From the IMG/VR virus record IMGVR_UViG_3300023198_000928: 64,000 nt of DNA; one strand, written 5' to 3'. The stretch is from an uncultured virus (IMG/VR IMGVR_UViG_3300023198_000928) (taxonomy: Duplodnaviria > Heunggongvirae > Uroviricota > Caudoviricetes). Positions 8,837-19,006 of the stretch are shown here, piece after piece. The translations under genes were made by a program, and so were the position numbers. The notes under the pieces were generated by a model. That model searched no databases, was not told where the DNA came from, and saw only the letters and a list, made by a program, of their open reading frames with translations. Position 1 is the stretch's first letter. Each line of letters opens with the position of its first letter.

Positions 8837-9450
8837 TGGCAAAGAAACTTCAAGAAAATTCGTTGGCTAACATTAAGCGTTGGCTGGATTTACCTCTGTA
8901 TTTACAGTATATAGAAGATGAGGAAACGTTAGATGCTATTATTATCATGACTGGTTTAAGTGAAGCAGAACTTAAAAATTCAAATTCTTTTAAGACTGAT
9001 AACTTAAGTACTCTTGACCCTAAAACAACTTTTCAAATAGATTGGTCACATGATGATGTTATATTTGTACAAGGCCCTACTGGAAAATTAATTCGTAAGG
9101 AAGTTACTATACACCATTATAGTGTACCTATTTCGTGGAGTACTCAATTAATAAGAGCTCTATTAAATATTAAAAATCCTGAGCTAGCAAAATATGGATA
9201 TAAGCTGTATAATATTAGTTCAGAGATCGGTGATTTTTATGTACCATTTACTAAACATTATTCTTTATACATTAATTATGATGCATATATGAAAGATGAT
9301 TATAAAAAGGTTAATGAAGGAATTATAAAAGGGATAGAAAATACTACCGAATATACTAAAGTATTGAATAATTCTACTAAGGCTGCAGTGATTAAAAAGC
9401 TGTATAATTCAGATTTGTATAAAAATGTTTTAAAACTAAAGAGAACATGA
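8836..9450 (+). CDS. hypothetical protein
   Basis: 204-aa ORF coupled to the ligase by TAATG. Confidence 0.75.
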   Translation: MAKKLQENSLANIKRWLDLPLYLQYIEDEETLDAIIIMTGLSEAELKNSNSFKTDNLSTLDPKTTFQIDWSHDDVIFVQGPTGKLIRKEVTIHHYSVPISWSTQLIRALLNIKNPELAKYGYKLYNISSEIGDFYVPFTKHYSLYINYDAYMKDDYKKVNEGIIKGIENTTEYTKVLNNSTKAAVIKKLYNSDLYKNVLKLKRT

Positions 9451-9734
9451 CAAGAGAAGATCAGTTATTAATAGTTATGTCTGAAGAATGTAATGAGGTA
9501 GGACAAAGAATTTCTAAAGCATTACGATTTGGATTAAAAGAAAAGCAGAAAGGTCAAGATGAAGATAATGCTCAGAGAATCATTTATGAATTTAGTGATT
9601 TAATAGCAGTATATGAAATGTTACGGGATGAGGGTTCTTTACCTTCTGTAACTACTTATAACCTTAATGTGAAGAAAGAACGTGTAGAGAAATATTTAAA
9701 ACTTTCTGAAGCACAAGGAAGATTAACTAAATAG
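9447..9734 (+). CDS. MazG-like nucleotide pyrophosphohydrolase
   Basis: EECNEVGQRISKALRFG...EFSDL (EExxE...ExxD). Confidence 0.75.
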   Translation: MTREDQLLIVMSEECNEVGQRISKALRFGLKEKQKGQDEDNAQRIIYEFSDLIAVYEMLRDEGSLPSVTTYNLNVKKERVEKYLKLSEAQGRLTK

Positions 9735-9741
9735 ATAAATT

Positions 9742-10260
9742 ATGACGAACTTAAATATAGATACTTTTAAAGTTACTTCTAGTATAGAAATAGTCGGAGA
9801 TTCCGATACTATACATTATGGAGAAAATAATGAAAGTGTTGCAGCTCCTCTATATTCATATAATACTGAAGATATTATTTCAGATTTAGTAAATGGAGAA
9901 AGCGCGACTAGAGTGAAAAGAGCATTGATGTTTATGAAACTTATAGAAATAGCTGAAAAAAGACAGATACATATAGCATATGATGATTATAGAAGCAATC
10001 TTTTTCAGAATAATGGTAGAATGGTTATTAGTGTTGAAGGCAAGATGAGTATGGTTCTTGCTATCAGCCCTCTTAAGAAGTCTATATCAATTTCTTTAGT
10101 AAGAATTCAACATCAGGAAATGAAAGCAGGAGTTGAAGATATGCCTGCATTTATGAAGAGGTACCCAGCTATTTATAAGGATATTACTACAGTTATATTA
10201 TTTGCTAATAGAGAATTTCCTAAGATGTTTAAATTAATGGATACAAAACCGTGGGAATAA
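9742..10260 (+). CDS. hypothetical protein
   Basis: 172-aa ORF in operon. Confidence 0.7.
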   Translation: MTNLNIDTFKVTSSIEIVGDSDTIHYGENNESVAAPLYSYNTEDIISDLVNGESATRVKRALMFMKLIEIAEKRQIHIAYDDYRSNLFQNNGRMVISVEGKMSMVLAISPLKKSISISLVRIQHQEMKAGVEDMPAFMKRYPAIYKDITTVILFANREFPKMFKLMDTKPWE

Positions 10261-10261
10261 A

Positions 10262-10624
10262 ATGGGAGAATGGTTATTAAAAGTATTATTAAAGATAGTA
10301 CTAAAGAGTATGAAAAAGGAGAATGTTCAAAAGACTTACATTGCTCAGTTAGAATATATAGCTGAGCAATTGTTTGGTTCTTATGATTACTTAGATTCTC
10401 CAGGAAAATTAGATAAGGAGTTATTTATTATAGGCTTTAATATTAAATATAGAAGCTCTATAGAAAACGGCAATCCTTATGACAAGTTAAATTCATTTTA
10501 CGCTAAGGCTCGTAATGGGGACAGATCTTTTATTAGAGATCCTTTTTACAGGCTAATGAGAGTAAATAGGGATAGGGAAACAAAGAAGTTAAAATACATA
10601 TTAGACAGAAATACAAATGGATAA
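10262..10624 (+). CDS. hypothetical protein
   Basis: 120-aa ORF in operon. Confidence 0.7.
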   Translation: MGEWLLKVLLKIVLKSMKKENVQKTYIAQLEYIAEQLFGSYDYLDSPGKLDKELFIIGFNIKYRSSIENGNPYDKLNSFYAKARNGDRSFIRDPFYRLMRVNRDRETKKLKYILDRNTNG

Positions 10625-11147
10625 TCATATAACAGCACTATTAAACTTATACAATGCGGAGGATATGGAAAGCCTTATGAATAGGTTTGATCTTAGTTTT
10701 AAATTTTCATCTAATAATTCTTTAAATATTACTAATAGAGATCCTCTTTATGCTAGTTATGCATCTTACTCATTTGTATATAATCTACCATTAAAAAAGG
10801 TACTAGATAAGTATGAATTTAGAGAAGAAGATAAAACTACTATTAAGAATATAGTTACAAGAAAGGTTCGTCAGCAGAGAATTTTAGCACAAATTAAAGC
10901 TAAAGGAATTGATATAATAATGAAATATATTGAAAAAACCTTTAAAATTGATGAAAAGCTAATTACACCTTCTGATATAATATGGCATGAATATAACAGA
11001 TTCTCAATAGGAGAGGCAATGTTTAACTATTCTGGTACAATTTCATATAAAGCTTTTGTAATAACTTCTCAATGCTATGTTACGCATGAGAATATGTATC
11101 ATCTTGTAACTGGTATACAAAATTATTATAAAAAGAAAGTAAAATGA
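10617..11147 (+). CDS. hypothetical protein, paralog of 11144..11725
   Basis: shared VTR+V+QQR.L ... IE.TFK.D..LI...DI.W motif. Confidence 0.75.
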   Translation: MDNHITALLNLYNAEDMESLMNRFDLSFKFSSNNSLNITNRDPLYASYASYSFVYNLPLKKVLDKYEFREEDKTTIKNIVTRKVRQQRILAQIKAKGIDIIMKYIEKTFKIDEKLITPSDIIWHEYNRFSIGEAMFNYSGTISYKAFVITSQCYVTHENMYHLVTGIQNYYKKKVK

Positions 11148-11725
11148 CAATCGGAAACAGAGTAAGAGAAGTAGAAAAGGAAATCCTTAAAATATATAAA
11201 GTAAAAAATGTTAAAGATTTTCAAGATACATACAGATTAAAGCTAACACTTGGAACAACTTATAATGGTAATGTAAGAGCTTACTTATCTCAAGTAGATC
11301 CATTTCATAAGCATTATACTAGAGTATCTAGCTGTGTAATGGAACTTGATGAATTAGAAGGAATACCTTCAGAACTTGATAAAAATAGTGAAAAACTTTT
11401 TAAAAGTATGGTGACTAGACGAGTTAAACAGCAGAGAGATCTAGAAGTACTTAGAGAAATAGCATTAGGTAAGATTTCTAAGTTCATAGAAAGTACTTTT
11501 AAGGTAGATCCTCGTTTAATTGATGATAATGATATCAAATGGGCTCAGTGGTCATATTTTACATTTTTAGGATATAATTTTGCCTTTACAGGTAAGTTTG
11601 TCGATAAGTCTTTTGAAGTTGAAGAATATGGGCATAAAAAATATGCGAGTATGTATAAAATGGTAGTAGATGTGAAGACATTTTATGAAAGAAAGGCGCA
11701 TATAAAGGGCGTAATTATTAGTTAA
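11144..11725 (+). CDS. hypothetical protein, paralog of 10617..11147
   Basis: shares the motifs above; ATGA overlap. Confidence 0.75.
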   Translation: MTIGNRVREVEKEILKIYKVKNVKDFQDTYRLKLTLGTTYNGNVRAYLSQVDPFHKHYTRVSSCVMELDELEGIPSELDKNSEKLFKSMVTRRVKQQRDLEVLREIALGKISKFIESTFKVDPRLIDDNDIKWAQWSYFTFLGYNFAFTGKFVDKSFEVEEYGHKKYASMYKMVVDVKTFYERKAHIKGVIIS

Positions 11726-11747
11726 ATCAATAGAAAAATCGTAAATT

Positions 11748-14066
11748 ATGATATCAAATGTCAAGTCTACAGACGGCATCGGTACTAATGTTTTGAAGAA
11801 AAGAATCCACGAAGGATCTGAATCTATTATGTTCAGCGTACTTCAGGAGACTCAATATATGTACCCGTACAAATCAGCTGTTCGTGAGATAGTATCAAAT
11901 AGTATTGATTCGGTTAACGAAAGAAATAATTCACTTAAAATCTTGAACGGAGATATAGAAGTGGAAGATATTTACATAGTTAAAGAGGGTACTGAATTCA
12001 AAGATTCTGTATTTAAGCCCGAGTACTATAATAAAAAATGGTTAAGCAATAATGATATGATTACCATATTATATGTTGAAGACTATAATGGAACAAGAGA
12101 TAGAATTAAATTTATAGATAACGGAGTAGGATTGGGCGGTAGTCGCTTATTATCCTATTTTAATCTAGGGTTTAGTAGTAAAAGGCTATCTAAATCACAA
12201 CTTGGTAATTTTGGACTTGGAGCAAAGTCTTTATTAGCCACAGGTGTTGATTATTATACAGTAACTTCCAGATATAATGGGAGAATGTATTCATTTAATG
12301 TATATAAAGATCATACAGTGCCAGTGATCGGTAAATTTAATGATGATGGTACTATAAATAATATAGAAATATTCGACGATAATGGAGAAGATGTTGAAAT
12401 ATTCTATCGAACTACCAAAGAAAAGAATGGTGTAATTGTCGAAGCTGAAGTTAAAAAGCATAGAAAGCAAGATTATGTCAACGGGATCAAAAATCAATTA
12501 GGTTTTATTGAAAATATCGAATTCAAAATGGCTGATAGTCATAATGCTAGTGGTTATAATGTGAATATCACTAATGAAGTATTATTTTCAAATGGTAGAA
12601 TAATTGTAGGAGATACAAATTATTATGCTGTACCTCAGATTTTATTAACTCCGGGAGAGAACTCAAATATCAGAATAAATTATGGAACTATATCTTTTGA
12701 TGAATTAGAAATGAAGAGGTATAGCGGTAATGTTTGTTTTGTGATGAATATTAATGAAGTGGATGTTACTCCATCTAGAGAGCACGTAATTTGGAATAAT
12801 AGAACAAGAGATGCTATTAAGAAAATGTTTATAGAAGCTCAGGAAACGGTGTCGGGATTCATTGAAGATAAGGTGTCGGGTGCAAAAACATTGCCTCAAC
12901 ATTACGCTTTGTTTGAAGGGTTCAAATCTAAGACTTCCAGTGATGGTTTGTCAGAGCTATATAAGATTGTAGATGTAGCTGAACTTGATTCTGTTTATAG
13001 AGGATTTTCTTTAGTAAAAGCGGCTAAGCAAATAGATACTAAGGGGTTAGATAAATCTTTTATATTTACAAGTACTCCATTTAAACAATATTATGCTAAT
13101 AGAGTTAATGATACTGTTTATAGTAGTGCTTTGACAAAATCTGGTATTGGTGATTTATATAGAAATTCTGATACTGTGGTATATATAGGTAATACTAAAT
13201 ATAAAAACTTAGCTAAATATGTTAATGTAGAATTTCCTACTAATAACTCAGATAGTATTAAGATTATTTATATGAAACCTGATTTATATGATGAATATAT
13301 CGCTAAAATTGAGAAAAGTAAAAAAGAGAAAGGCAATTTAAATGATTTAGTTGATAAAGCTTATATAAATAAAAGGTTTTCAGATGTACTAATCTATGAA
13401 GTTATTAGGTATGCTCAAAATCATCCTAGTAAAGTTTTATTAGAGGCTGATATAGATAAGACTAAACTTTCTAATATAGAAAAGGAAGAGGAGAAGTCTA
13501 AACAAGATAGGTATATGACTCCTGCTGAGAGAGCTAAATTAGAAGGAAAGGTTATAGGGTATTATCATGAGGGTACAAAACATTCTTATCGTAAATACTA
13601 TAATGAAGAAACTCTTAAAAATGAAGAGACAACTCCTTTAATTTATAACTTGAGTGATGATTTCTTTGGAGATTTATTTTCTGGATCCCAATACACTAGT
13701 TTTAGTAGTAGATCTGGTAATAGAAATAATTTTAATATTATAGGATTTGCTAATGAGAATTTTAAGAGATTCTATAAAATACCTGAAGTTAAACTATTAA
13801 GTGATGCTTTATATACTATTAGATTTGGAGTTTTAAAATTTACTGAATTAGGAGTTCTTTTACTAGATTCTAAATCAAAAAATTATATCAATAATAATTG
13901 GACTAATTTTAAAACAAATGATTCTTTATTATCAGGGGCATTTAAATTTTTACACAATGTGCATGCTACAACAGATATTGAACACTCGGACCATAAAGAT
14001 AGGGTTGCTGGTATAGTAGATAACTATAGAAAAAAGCAGAAGAAGTATTTAGAAAATGAAAAATAA
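11748..14066 (+). CDS. rIIA: rIIA-like protein with N-terminal GHKL ATPase
   Basis: REIVSNSID, DNGVGLG, GNFGLGAKS, DVTPSRE; immediately upstream of an rIIB-like gene. Confidence 0.8.
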   Translation: MISNVKSTDGIGTNVLKKRIHEGSESIMFSVLQETQYMYPYKSAVREIVSNSIDSVNERNNSLKILNGDIEVEDIYIVKEGTEFKDSVFKPEYYNKKWLSNNDMITILYVEDYNGTRDRIKFIDNGVGLGGSRLLSYFNLGFSSKRLSKSQLGNFGLGAKSLLATGVDYYTVTSRYNGRMYSFNVYKDHTVPVIGKFNDDGTINNIEIFDDNGEDVEIFYRTTKEKNGVIVEAEVKKHRKQDYVNGIKNQLGFIENIEFKMADSHNASGYNVNITNEVLFSNGRIIVGDTNYYAVPQILLTPGENSNIRINYGTISFDELEMKRYSGNVCFVMNINEVDVTPSREHVIWNNRTRDAIKKMFIEAQETVSGFIEDKVSGAKTLPQHYALFEGFKSKTSSDGLSELYKIVDVAELDSVYRGFSLVKAAKQIDTKGLDKSFIFTSTPFKQYYANRVNDTVYSSALTKSGIGDLYRNSDTVVYIGNTKYKNLAKYVNVEFPTNNSDSIKIIYMKPDLYDEYIAKIEKSKKEKGNLNDLVDKAYINKRFSDVLIYEVIRYAQNHPSKVLLEADIDKTKLSNIEKEEEKSKQDRYMTPAERAKLEGKVIGYYHEGTKHSYRKYYNEETLKNEETTPLIYNLSDDFFGDLFSGSQYTSFSSRSGNRNNFNIIGFANENFKRFYKIPEVKLLSDALYTIRFGVLKFTELGVLLLDSKSKNYINNNWTNFKTNDSLLSGAFKFLHNVHATTDIEHSDHKDRVAGIVDNYRKKQKKYLENEK

Positions 14067-14125
14067 AACTAGGCCTTTGCCTAAAACAATAATAATTAAT
14101 ATCTTTAATAAATTAAATTAACATT

Positions 14126-15352
14126 ATGATTACAATTAGCGTAGTAAAAGTAGACAACAAAGAGTATTTTAGAGGAAAGATTGGAAAAGAAGTTTACAAT
14201 GTATTAGTTTCACCTGAAATGAGAGAATTGTTGACTAACGCACAAGAAAAATTGACCACTTGTGAAACATTCGAAGAAGCTCAAGTAGTACTTACTGAAA
14301 CGTTTGAAGCTACAAACAAAGACCGTATCGCAGAAGATTCTGCTTTAGAAAGTGTACTTGGTGATGACCTGTTCTTAAACAAAAAGACCGGTAAATACCA
14401 TGTAAAATTGGACAACAAAATTGCCAAGAAACCTATTCATGACTTTTTCGTGAACAAAATGATTGAAGCTAATGATAAGGGGTTAAGCCCTCGTCCTTGG
14501 TTAATCTTTTGGGTTCGTTTAATGAGAAATGACCTTTACAGTAGCAGTTCTACTAAAGTTCAAACTTTGGTTAACTACCTTAAAGCTCAATATACTTGTA
14601 ACGAAACTGTTGAAAAGTATGAAAAAGAAGGATATTCTAACGAAGTATCTAAAGAAAAATCAACTTTTGACCAAATCAGTATTACTGAGGAAGGAATTTT
14701 AGCTGCTTTTAAATATGTTCAATTATCTGACACTAAATATTCAGTGGAAAAAGATGAGAAAACTGGCGAACAAAAGATTGTTGAGAAAGCTCGTTATGAA
14801 AGAAAACTTGAAGTAGATGAAAATTCTGGTAAAGTGATCAAAGATGAGTTAGATTTACCTACAATTAGTGAAGAATTTGTATTTTATCCTCCAGTAATGG
14901 GTAGAACAGGTGGAAATCCATTTACTTGTGCTGATCTTGCTAATATTAGTGATGAGTCTCCAAAAGGACATATCATTAAAGTTGGTAAAGTTCATGAATT
15001 AGCTAAAGGATTTACTCAAGTTAACACTAATGACGATAATTCTTGTGTACCAGGTCTTCACTTAGGTGGACACTATTATGTAAGAGGTTATGGTGGAAAA
15101 ACTAATTACTTATTAGATTGCTTAGTAGCGCCTGAAGATATTGGAGCTGTATGTGATGTAACTAGTTATGGTTCTGATGGAGCTATTAGATGTCGTAGAT
15201 ATATGACTGTTGGAGCTCACTTTGTAGTAAGTAAAGGTATGTATCACCCTTCTAAATATGCTCAATTATTAGATGCTGAGTGGGATGTTATCAAAGCTGA
15301 GATTATTGACAAGCTTGGAGAACAAATTAAAGACGCTGAAGCAAAACTTTAA
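14126..15352 (+). CDS. rIIB: rIIB-like protein
   Basis: FWVRLMRN, ITEEGILAAFK, SCVPGLHLG, VAPEDIGAV, AIRCRRY. Confidence 0.8.
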   Translation: MITISVVKVDNKEYFRGKIGKEVYNVLVSPEMRELLTNAQEKLTTCETFEEAQVVLTETFEATNKDRIAEDSALESVLGDDLFLNKKTGKYHVKLDNKIAKKPIHDFFVNKMIEANDKGLSPRPWLIFWVRLMRNDLYSSSSTKVQTLVNYLKAQYTCNETVEKYEKEGYSNEVSKEKSTFDQISITEEGILAAFKYVQLSDTKYSVEKDEKTGEQKIVEKARYERKLEVDENSGKVIKDELDLPTISEEFVFYPPVMGRTGGNPFTCADLANISDESPKGHIIKVGKVHELAKGFTQVNTNDDNSCVPGLHLGGHYYVRGYGGKTNYLLDCLVAPEDIGAVCDVTSYGSDGAIRCRRYMTVGAHFVVSKGMYHPSKYAQLLDAEWDVIKAEIIDKLGEQIKDAEAKL

Positions 15353-15364
15353 TCCTTAAACTAA

Positions 15365-16183
15365 ATGACTGTATATTCTACAAAAGATAGTAAAATGATT
15401 TTGGAAATGATCCGAAAAGCTCAAAAAGGCGACTCTAGAGCAGAAGGAGATTTGATAAAACATTATACTGTCTATGTAGATTATATGATAAAAAGGTATT
15501 CTAAAAAGACCGAGATTAAAGATGATGACGATTTAAGATCATATATTAATCTCGGTTTATTACTTGCAATTAGAAAATTTAATCCCGATAAGAATACTAG
15601 ATTTATATATTTTGCTCATACGTGGATGAAAAAGAATATATTTTTAGGAGATCTTGATTATAGATTTATTAGATTGCCGGTTAATCAGAAAGTATTTTAC
15701 GAGAAATATAAAAAGATTAACACTAGAAGACAAGATATACTTTATAATCCGACTATTCTTGATATTGAGGAATTAAATGAGTTGTTTAAAGAAAGTAAGG
15801 AATCGAAAAGATTTGTTGTTATCTCTAACACCTCTACTGAATATTTTACAGATTTATCTTTTTATAATGAGGAAACAGGATTCCATGAAATGTCTGAAAG
15901 TACATTATTTCATGAAAATATTAAAAGTTTAGCCGAATCAGACCATAAATTAACTAATGAGGTACTTAGAAATAATATAAATGACGTACTTAAATCTTTC
16001 AATGAAAAAGAAGTTTATATAATTGAACATCTCTTTGGATTGAATGGGAAGGAACCCATGAATTCTGAACAAATTGCTATAAATTTGGACGTTACTAAGG
16101 TGAATATAACATTCACAAAGACCAGGGTTATACGGATGTTGCGACACGCTTCATTTAGTAACCAATTACTTAACGGAATTTAA
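15365..16183 (+). CDS. sigma70-family RNA polymerase sigma factor
   Basis: region 2 (KGDSRA...DL...NLGLLLAIRKFNP...RFIYFA..W), RFIRLPVNQ, and region 4 HTH (IIEHLFGL...EQIA..LDVT...IRMLRH). Confidence 0.9.
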   Translation: MTVYSTKDSKMILEMIRKAQKGDSRAEGDLIKHYTVYVDYMIKRYSKKTEIKDDDDLRSYINLGLLLAIRKFNPDKNTRFIYFAHTWMKKNIFLGDLDYRFIRLPVNQKVFYEKYKKINTRRQDILYNPTILDIEELNELFKESKESKRFVVISNTSTEYFTDLSFYNEETGFHEMSESTLFHENIKSLAESDHKLTNEVLRNNINDVLKSFNEKEVYIIEHLFGLNGKEPMNSEQIAINLDVTKVNITFTKTRVIRMLRHASFSNQLLNGI

Positions 16184-16195
16184 AATTAAATAAAC

Positions 16196-16870
16196 ATGGC
16201 GAAAAGGAAACTAGCTACCTCTGCGGTAGAAGTATTTTACGTTAAAGGCGAAACAGTCGAAATTGCTTTTAAAGCTTTTAAAAACGAATATAGTCTAGAT
16301 AATTTCTTTCTAGATGAAAATGAAATTAGACTTACTAAAGAAGATATCAATTCCGGTAAAATTCTTGTTAATTCGAGAAAATTATTCGGTCAGTATTTTA
16401 ATAATAAGTTATCTGAATATGCAGTAAAAGCAGCATTATATAACAAGAAACCTATTCTTAAAGACGACTCTAGAATTATTCAACATAACATTATTATTAA
16501 AGGTACTAAAAAGTGGGTTACTACTAATGCTTTTGTAACTGATGGAAATGAGGTTATTAAAAGAGAAGTTGGTACAAAAGAAGATGCAAAAGGAATTGCA
16601 GATGAACTTAGCTTGGAGCATAACAGAACTATTAATGTTGTAGTATCTAAGGATCTAGTAGATAGCGATGGAGTTATTTATATTGCTGAATTTATTCCTG
16701 CTGATTTTATTGATGATACTAATGTATATGTATTTTGGAAATATAAAACTACTATTACTGAAGTAGAGGAAGATGACCTAATAGATGAACATACGGAAAA
16801 AGATGATCACGGCCAATTATCTATTAAAGATACTTTACAAGAATACGCTGTCTATAAATTACTTACTTGA
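16196..16870 (+). CDS. hypothetical protein
   Basis: 224-aa ORF in operon. Confidence 0.75.
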   Translation: MAKRKLATSAVEVFYVKGETVEIAFKAFKNEYSLDNFFLDENEIRLTKEDINSGKILVNSRKLFGQYFNNKLSEYAVKAALYNKKPILKDDSRIIQHNIIIKGTKKWVTTNAFVTDGNEVIKREVGTKEDAKGIADELSLEHNRTINVVVSKDLVDSDGVIYIAEFIPADFIDDTNVYVFWKYKTTITEVEEDDLIDEHTEKDDHGQLSIKDTLQEYAVYKLLT

Positions 16871-16872
16871 TC

Positions 16873-17886
16873 ATGAAAAAAAGTGATGATAACTTAGTAA
16901 TTATTGACGCTGATTCTATCGTATATATTGTAGGATATGAATTATCTGATATGAGATTAGAACCACTTGGACTAATAAAGCTTGACACATTTATAAAGGA
17001 TATTCTTATTGTAAATGTAGCTAAGCAATATTTAGGCTATTTTGGTGGTAAGGGACACAACTTTAGAAAAGACATTGCAATTACTAAAGTATATAAAGGT
17101 AATAGAGCAACAGAAAAGCCTGAATGGTTTGACTATTGGGAACCGATTCTTAAAAAACATATGAAAGAAGTATGGGGATTTGAGGAATGTTTAGATATTG
17201 AAGCAGATGATGCATGTTGTATTGCTGCTAATAAATACAGAGACTTTTATAACAAAATTATAATCGCAACTCCTGATAAAGATTTATTACAGATACCAGA
17301 ATGTTGGTTCTTTGATTATACTAAAAGAGTGCTTGTTTATTGTGAAGAGAACACAGCAGCTTATAAACTGTGTAAGCAATTAATTTTAGGGGACAGTACT
17401 GATAATATTCCTGGCGTACAGGGAGCTGGAAATGCTGCTGCAAACGCAGAGGTATTACTTATCCAGGAGAAGGGATTAGATCTGAAAAACTCTATACAGC
17501 ATATAAAGGATTACTACTTAAATTGGTATACTGAAGTTGTTAAAGATAAGCAACATAAAAAACAGGAAGCTGCATATCTTAAGCAATATAAGGTAGATAA
17601 TGATTTAAAAAGATTAACAAAGCAATTAAAAAGTGACGCTTTAAAAGATTTTAAATTAGATACATCCATGATTTGGGATGAAAAACAAGTAGATACATAC
17701 TTTAATGAGCAATACGGACTAATTAAATTATTAGATACTGAAAAAGAAGGATTAGAACATGGTTTTAAGATGACTTTACCGATAGTAGAAGATAAGATTA
17801 ATTGGGATGAGGTAATAACTGTATATGATGATGATGAAGAATTATTTGATGAAGATATAGATCCAGAATTTATTGAAAATCTTTAA
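16873..17886 (+). CDS. 5'-3' exonuclease / flap endonuclease (T7 gp6 / T4 RNase H-like)
   Basis: IDADS, NFRK..YKGNR, EADD, DKDLLQIP, GDSTDNIPGVQG; acidic tail. Confidence 0.9.
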   Translation: MKKSDDNLVIIDADSIVYIVGYELSDMRLEPLGLIKLDTFIKDILIVNVAKQYLGYFGGKGHNFRKDIAITKVYKGNRATEKPEWFDYWEPILKKHMKEVWGFEECLDIEADDACCIAANKYRDFYNKIIIATPDKDLLQIPECWFFDYTKRVLVYCEENTAAYKLCKQLILGDSTDNIPGVQGAGNAAANAEVLLIQEKGLDLKNSIQHIKDYYLNWYTEVVKDKQHKKQEAAYLKQYKVDNDLKRLTKQLKSDALKDFKLDTSMIWDEKQVDTYFNEQYGLIKLLDTEKEGLEHGFKMTLPIVEDKINWDEVITVYDDDEELFDEDIDPEFIENL

Positions 17887-17908
17887 TTCTATTAAAACGA
17901 TAACGAGG

Positions 17909-18906
17909 ATGAAGAAATTAAATTTAAGTAAATGTAAAACAAATGAAGAAGTATGTAGATTAATATCAAAAAGGGTTAGCGAATCAAGTTATGAAGATTT
18001 ATTAGAACATGTTAATGATAGATTTGTAAATCAAGAAGAAACAGCAAAAACTATTTATACGGGATTATGTATGAATATGAATGTATTTTTAAGTGGGCCG
18101 GGAGGTTATGGAAAATCTGCTCTTATCATGTTTATATTAGAATATTATAATATACCATATCATTCTATAGTAGGTTATAAAGACATGCCTGTAGATGCAT
18201 TATTGGGGATTCCTAATATGGAGAAACTATTAAAACAAAGTGAATATGAGATTGATTTTACTAAGTCAATTTTTTATAAACCTGGGGTTTTAATAGGAGA
18301 AGAGTTTACAGATATTTTACCTAGCACGGCGGCAGCTTTGAAGGATATTTTAACTGAGCGTGGATATAGAGGTAAGAATGGTAAAGTAGAATCTCTTATT
18401 GGATGTATGATCATTGCAGCTAATAAATCAGCTAAGGAGATAGCAGATGATAGAACTAAAAAAGCATTTTATGAAGAAAGATTTCCGTTACAAATTGAAG
18501 TTACTTGGGAATCCTATACATCTTATGATTATTTACAACTGTTAGAAATCAAATTTCCTGAAGCAGATGGAGAATTACTTTATTTTATGTCAAAATTATT
18601 CGAAGATAATCATGAAAATCATAATAATACGTTATCACCTAGAATAGCTATAGATATAACTTCTGTATACCTTAAAAAGGGTGTTGAATTTATTAAGAAT
18701 TTCGCTATTAATACTTCTGCTATAAGCAAGATTGAAATTGAAGCAAGAGTAGAGTATAATAAAGGGACTTTAAGTGATTCGATAGATGAGTTATTTGAGG
18801 TTATCAATCAAGTTAAAACTGCCAAAGAGAAATATTTTTATGTTCTATATGCAAAAGATGTATTGAGTAAATTACCAATGGACGATTCAGTTCTTGTTAT
18901 GATAAC
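17909..18906 (+). CDS. MoxR-like AAA+ ATPase (3' end lost in gap)
   Basis: Walker A GPGGYGKS, Walker B IGEE, LKDILTER, IAANK, ERF, SPR. Confidence 0.8.
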
Positions 18907-19006
18907 NNNNNNNNNNNNNNNNNNNNNNNNNNNNNNNNNNNNNNNNNNNNNNNNNNNNNNNNNNNNNNNNNNNNNNNNNNNNNNNNNNNNNNNNNNNNNN
19001 NNNNNN
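18907..19006. other. assembly gap (100 N)
   Basis: run of exactly 100 N, a typical placeholder of unknown true length. Confidence 0.98.

Noticed and set aside
14070..14083. TAGGC-CTTT-GCCTA mini-hairpin between rIIA and rIIB
   Set aside because: 5-bp stem without a U-tract and no second copy noticed; could be chance.
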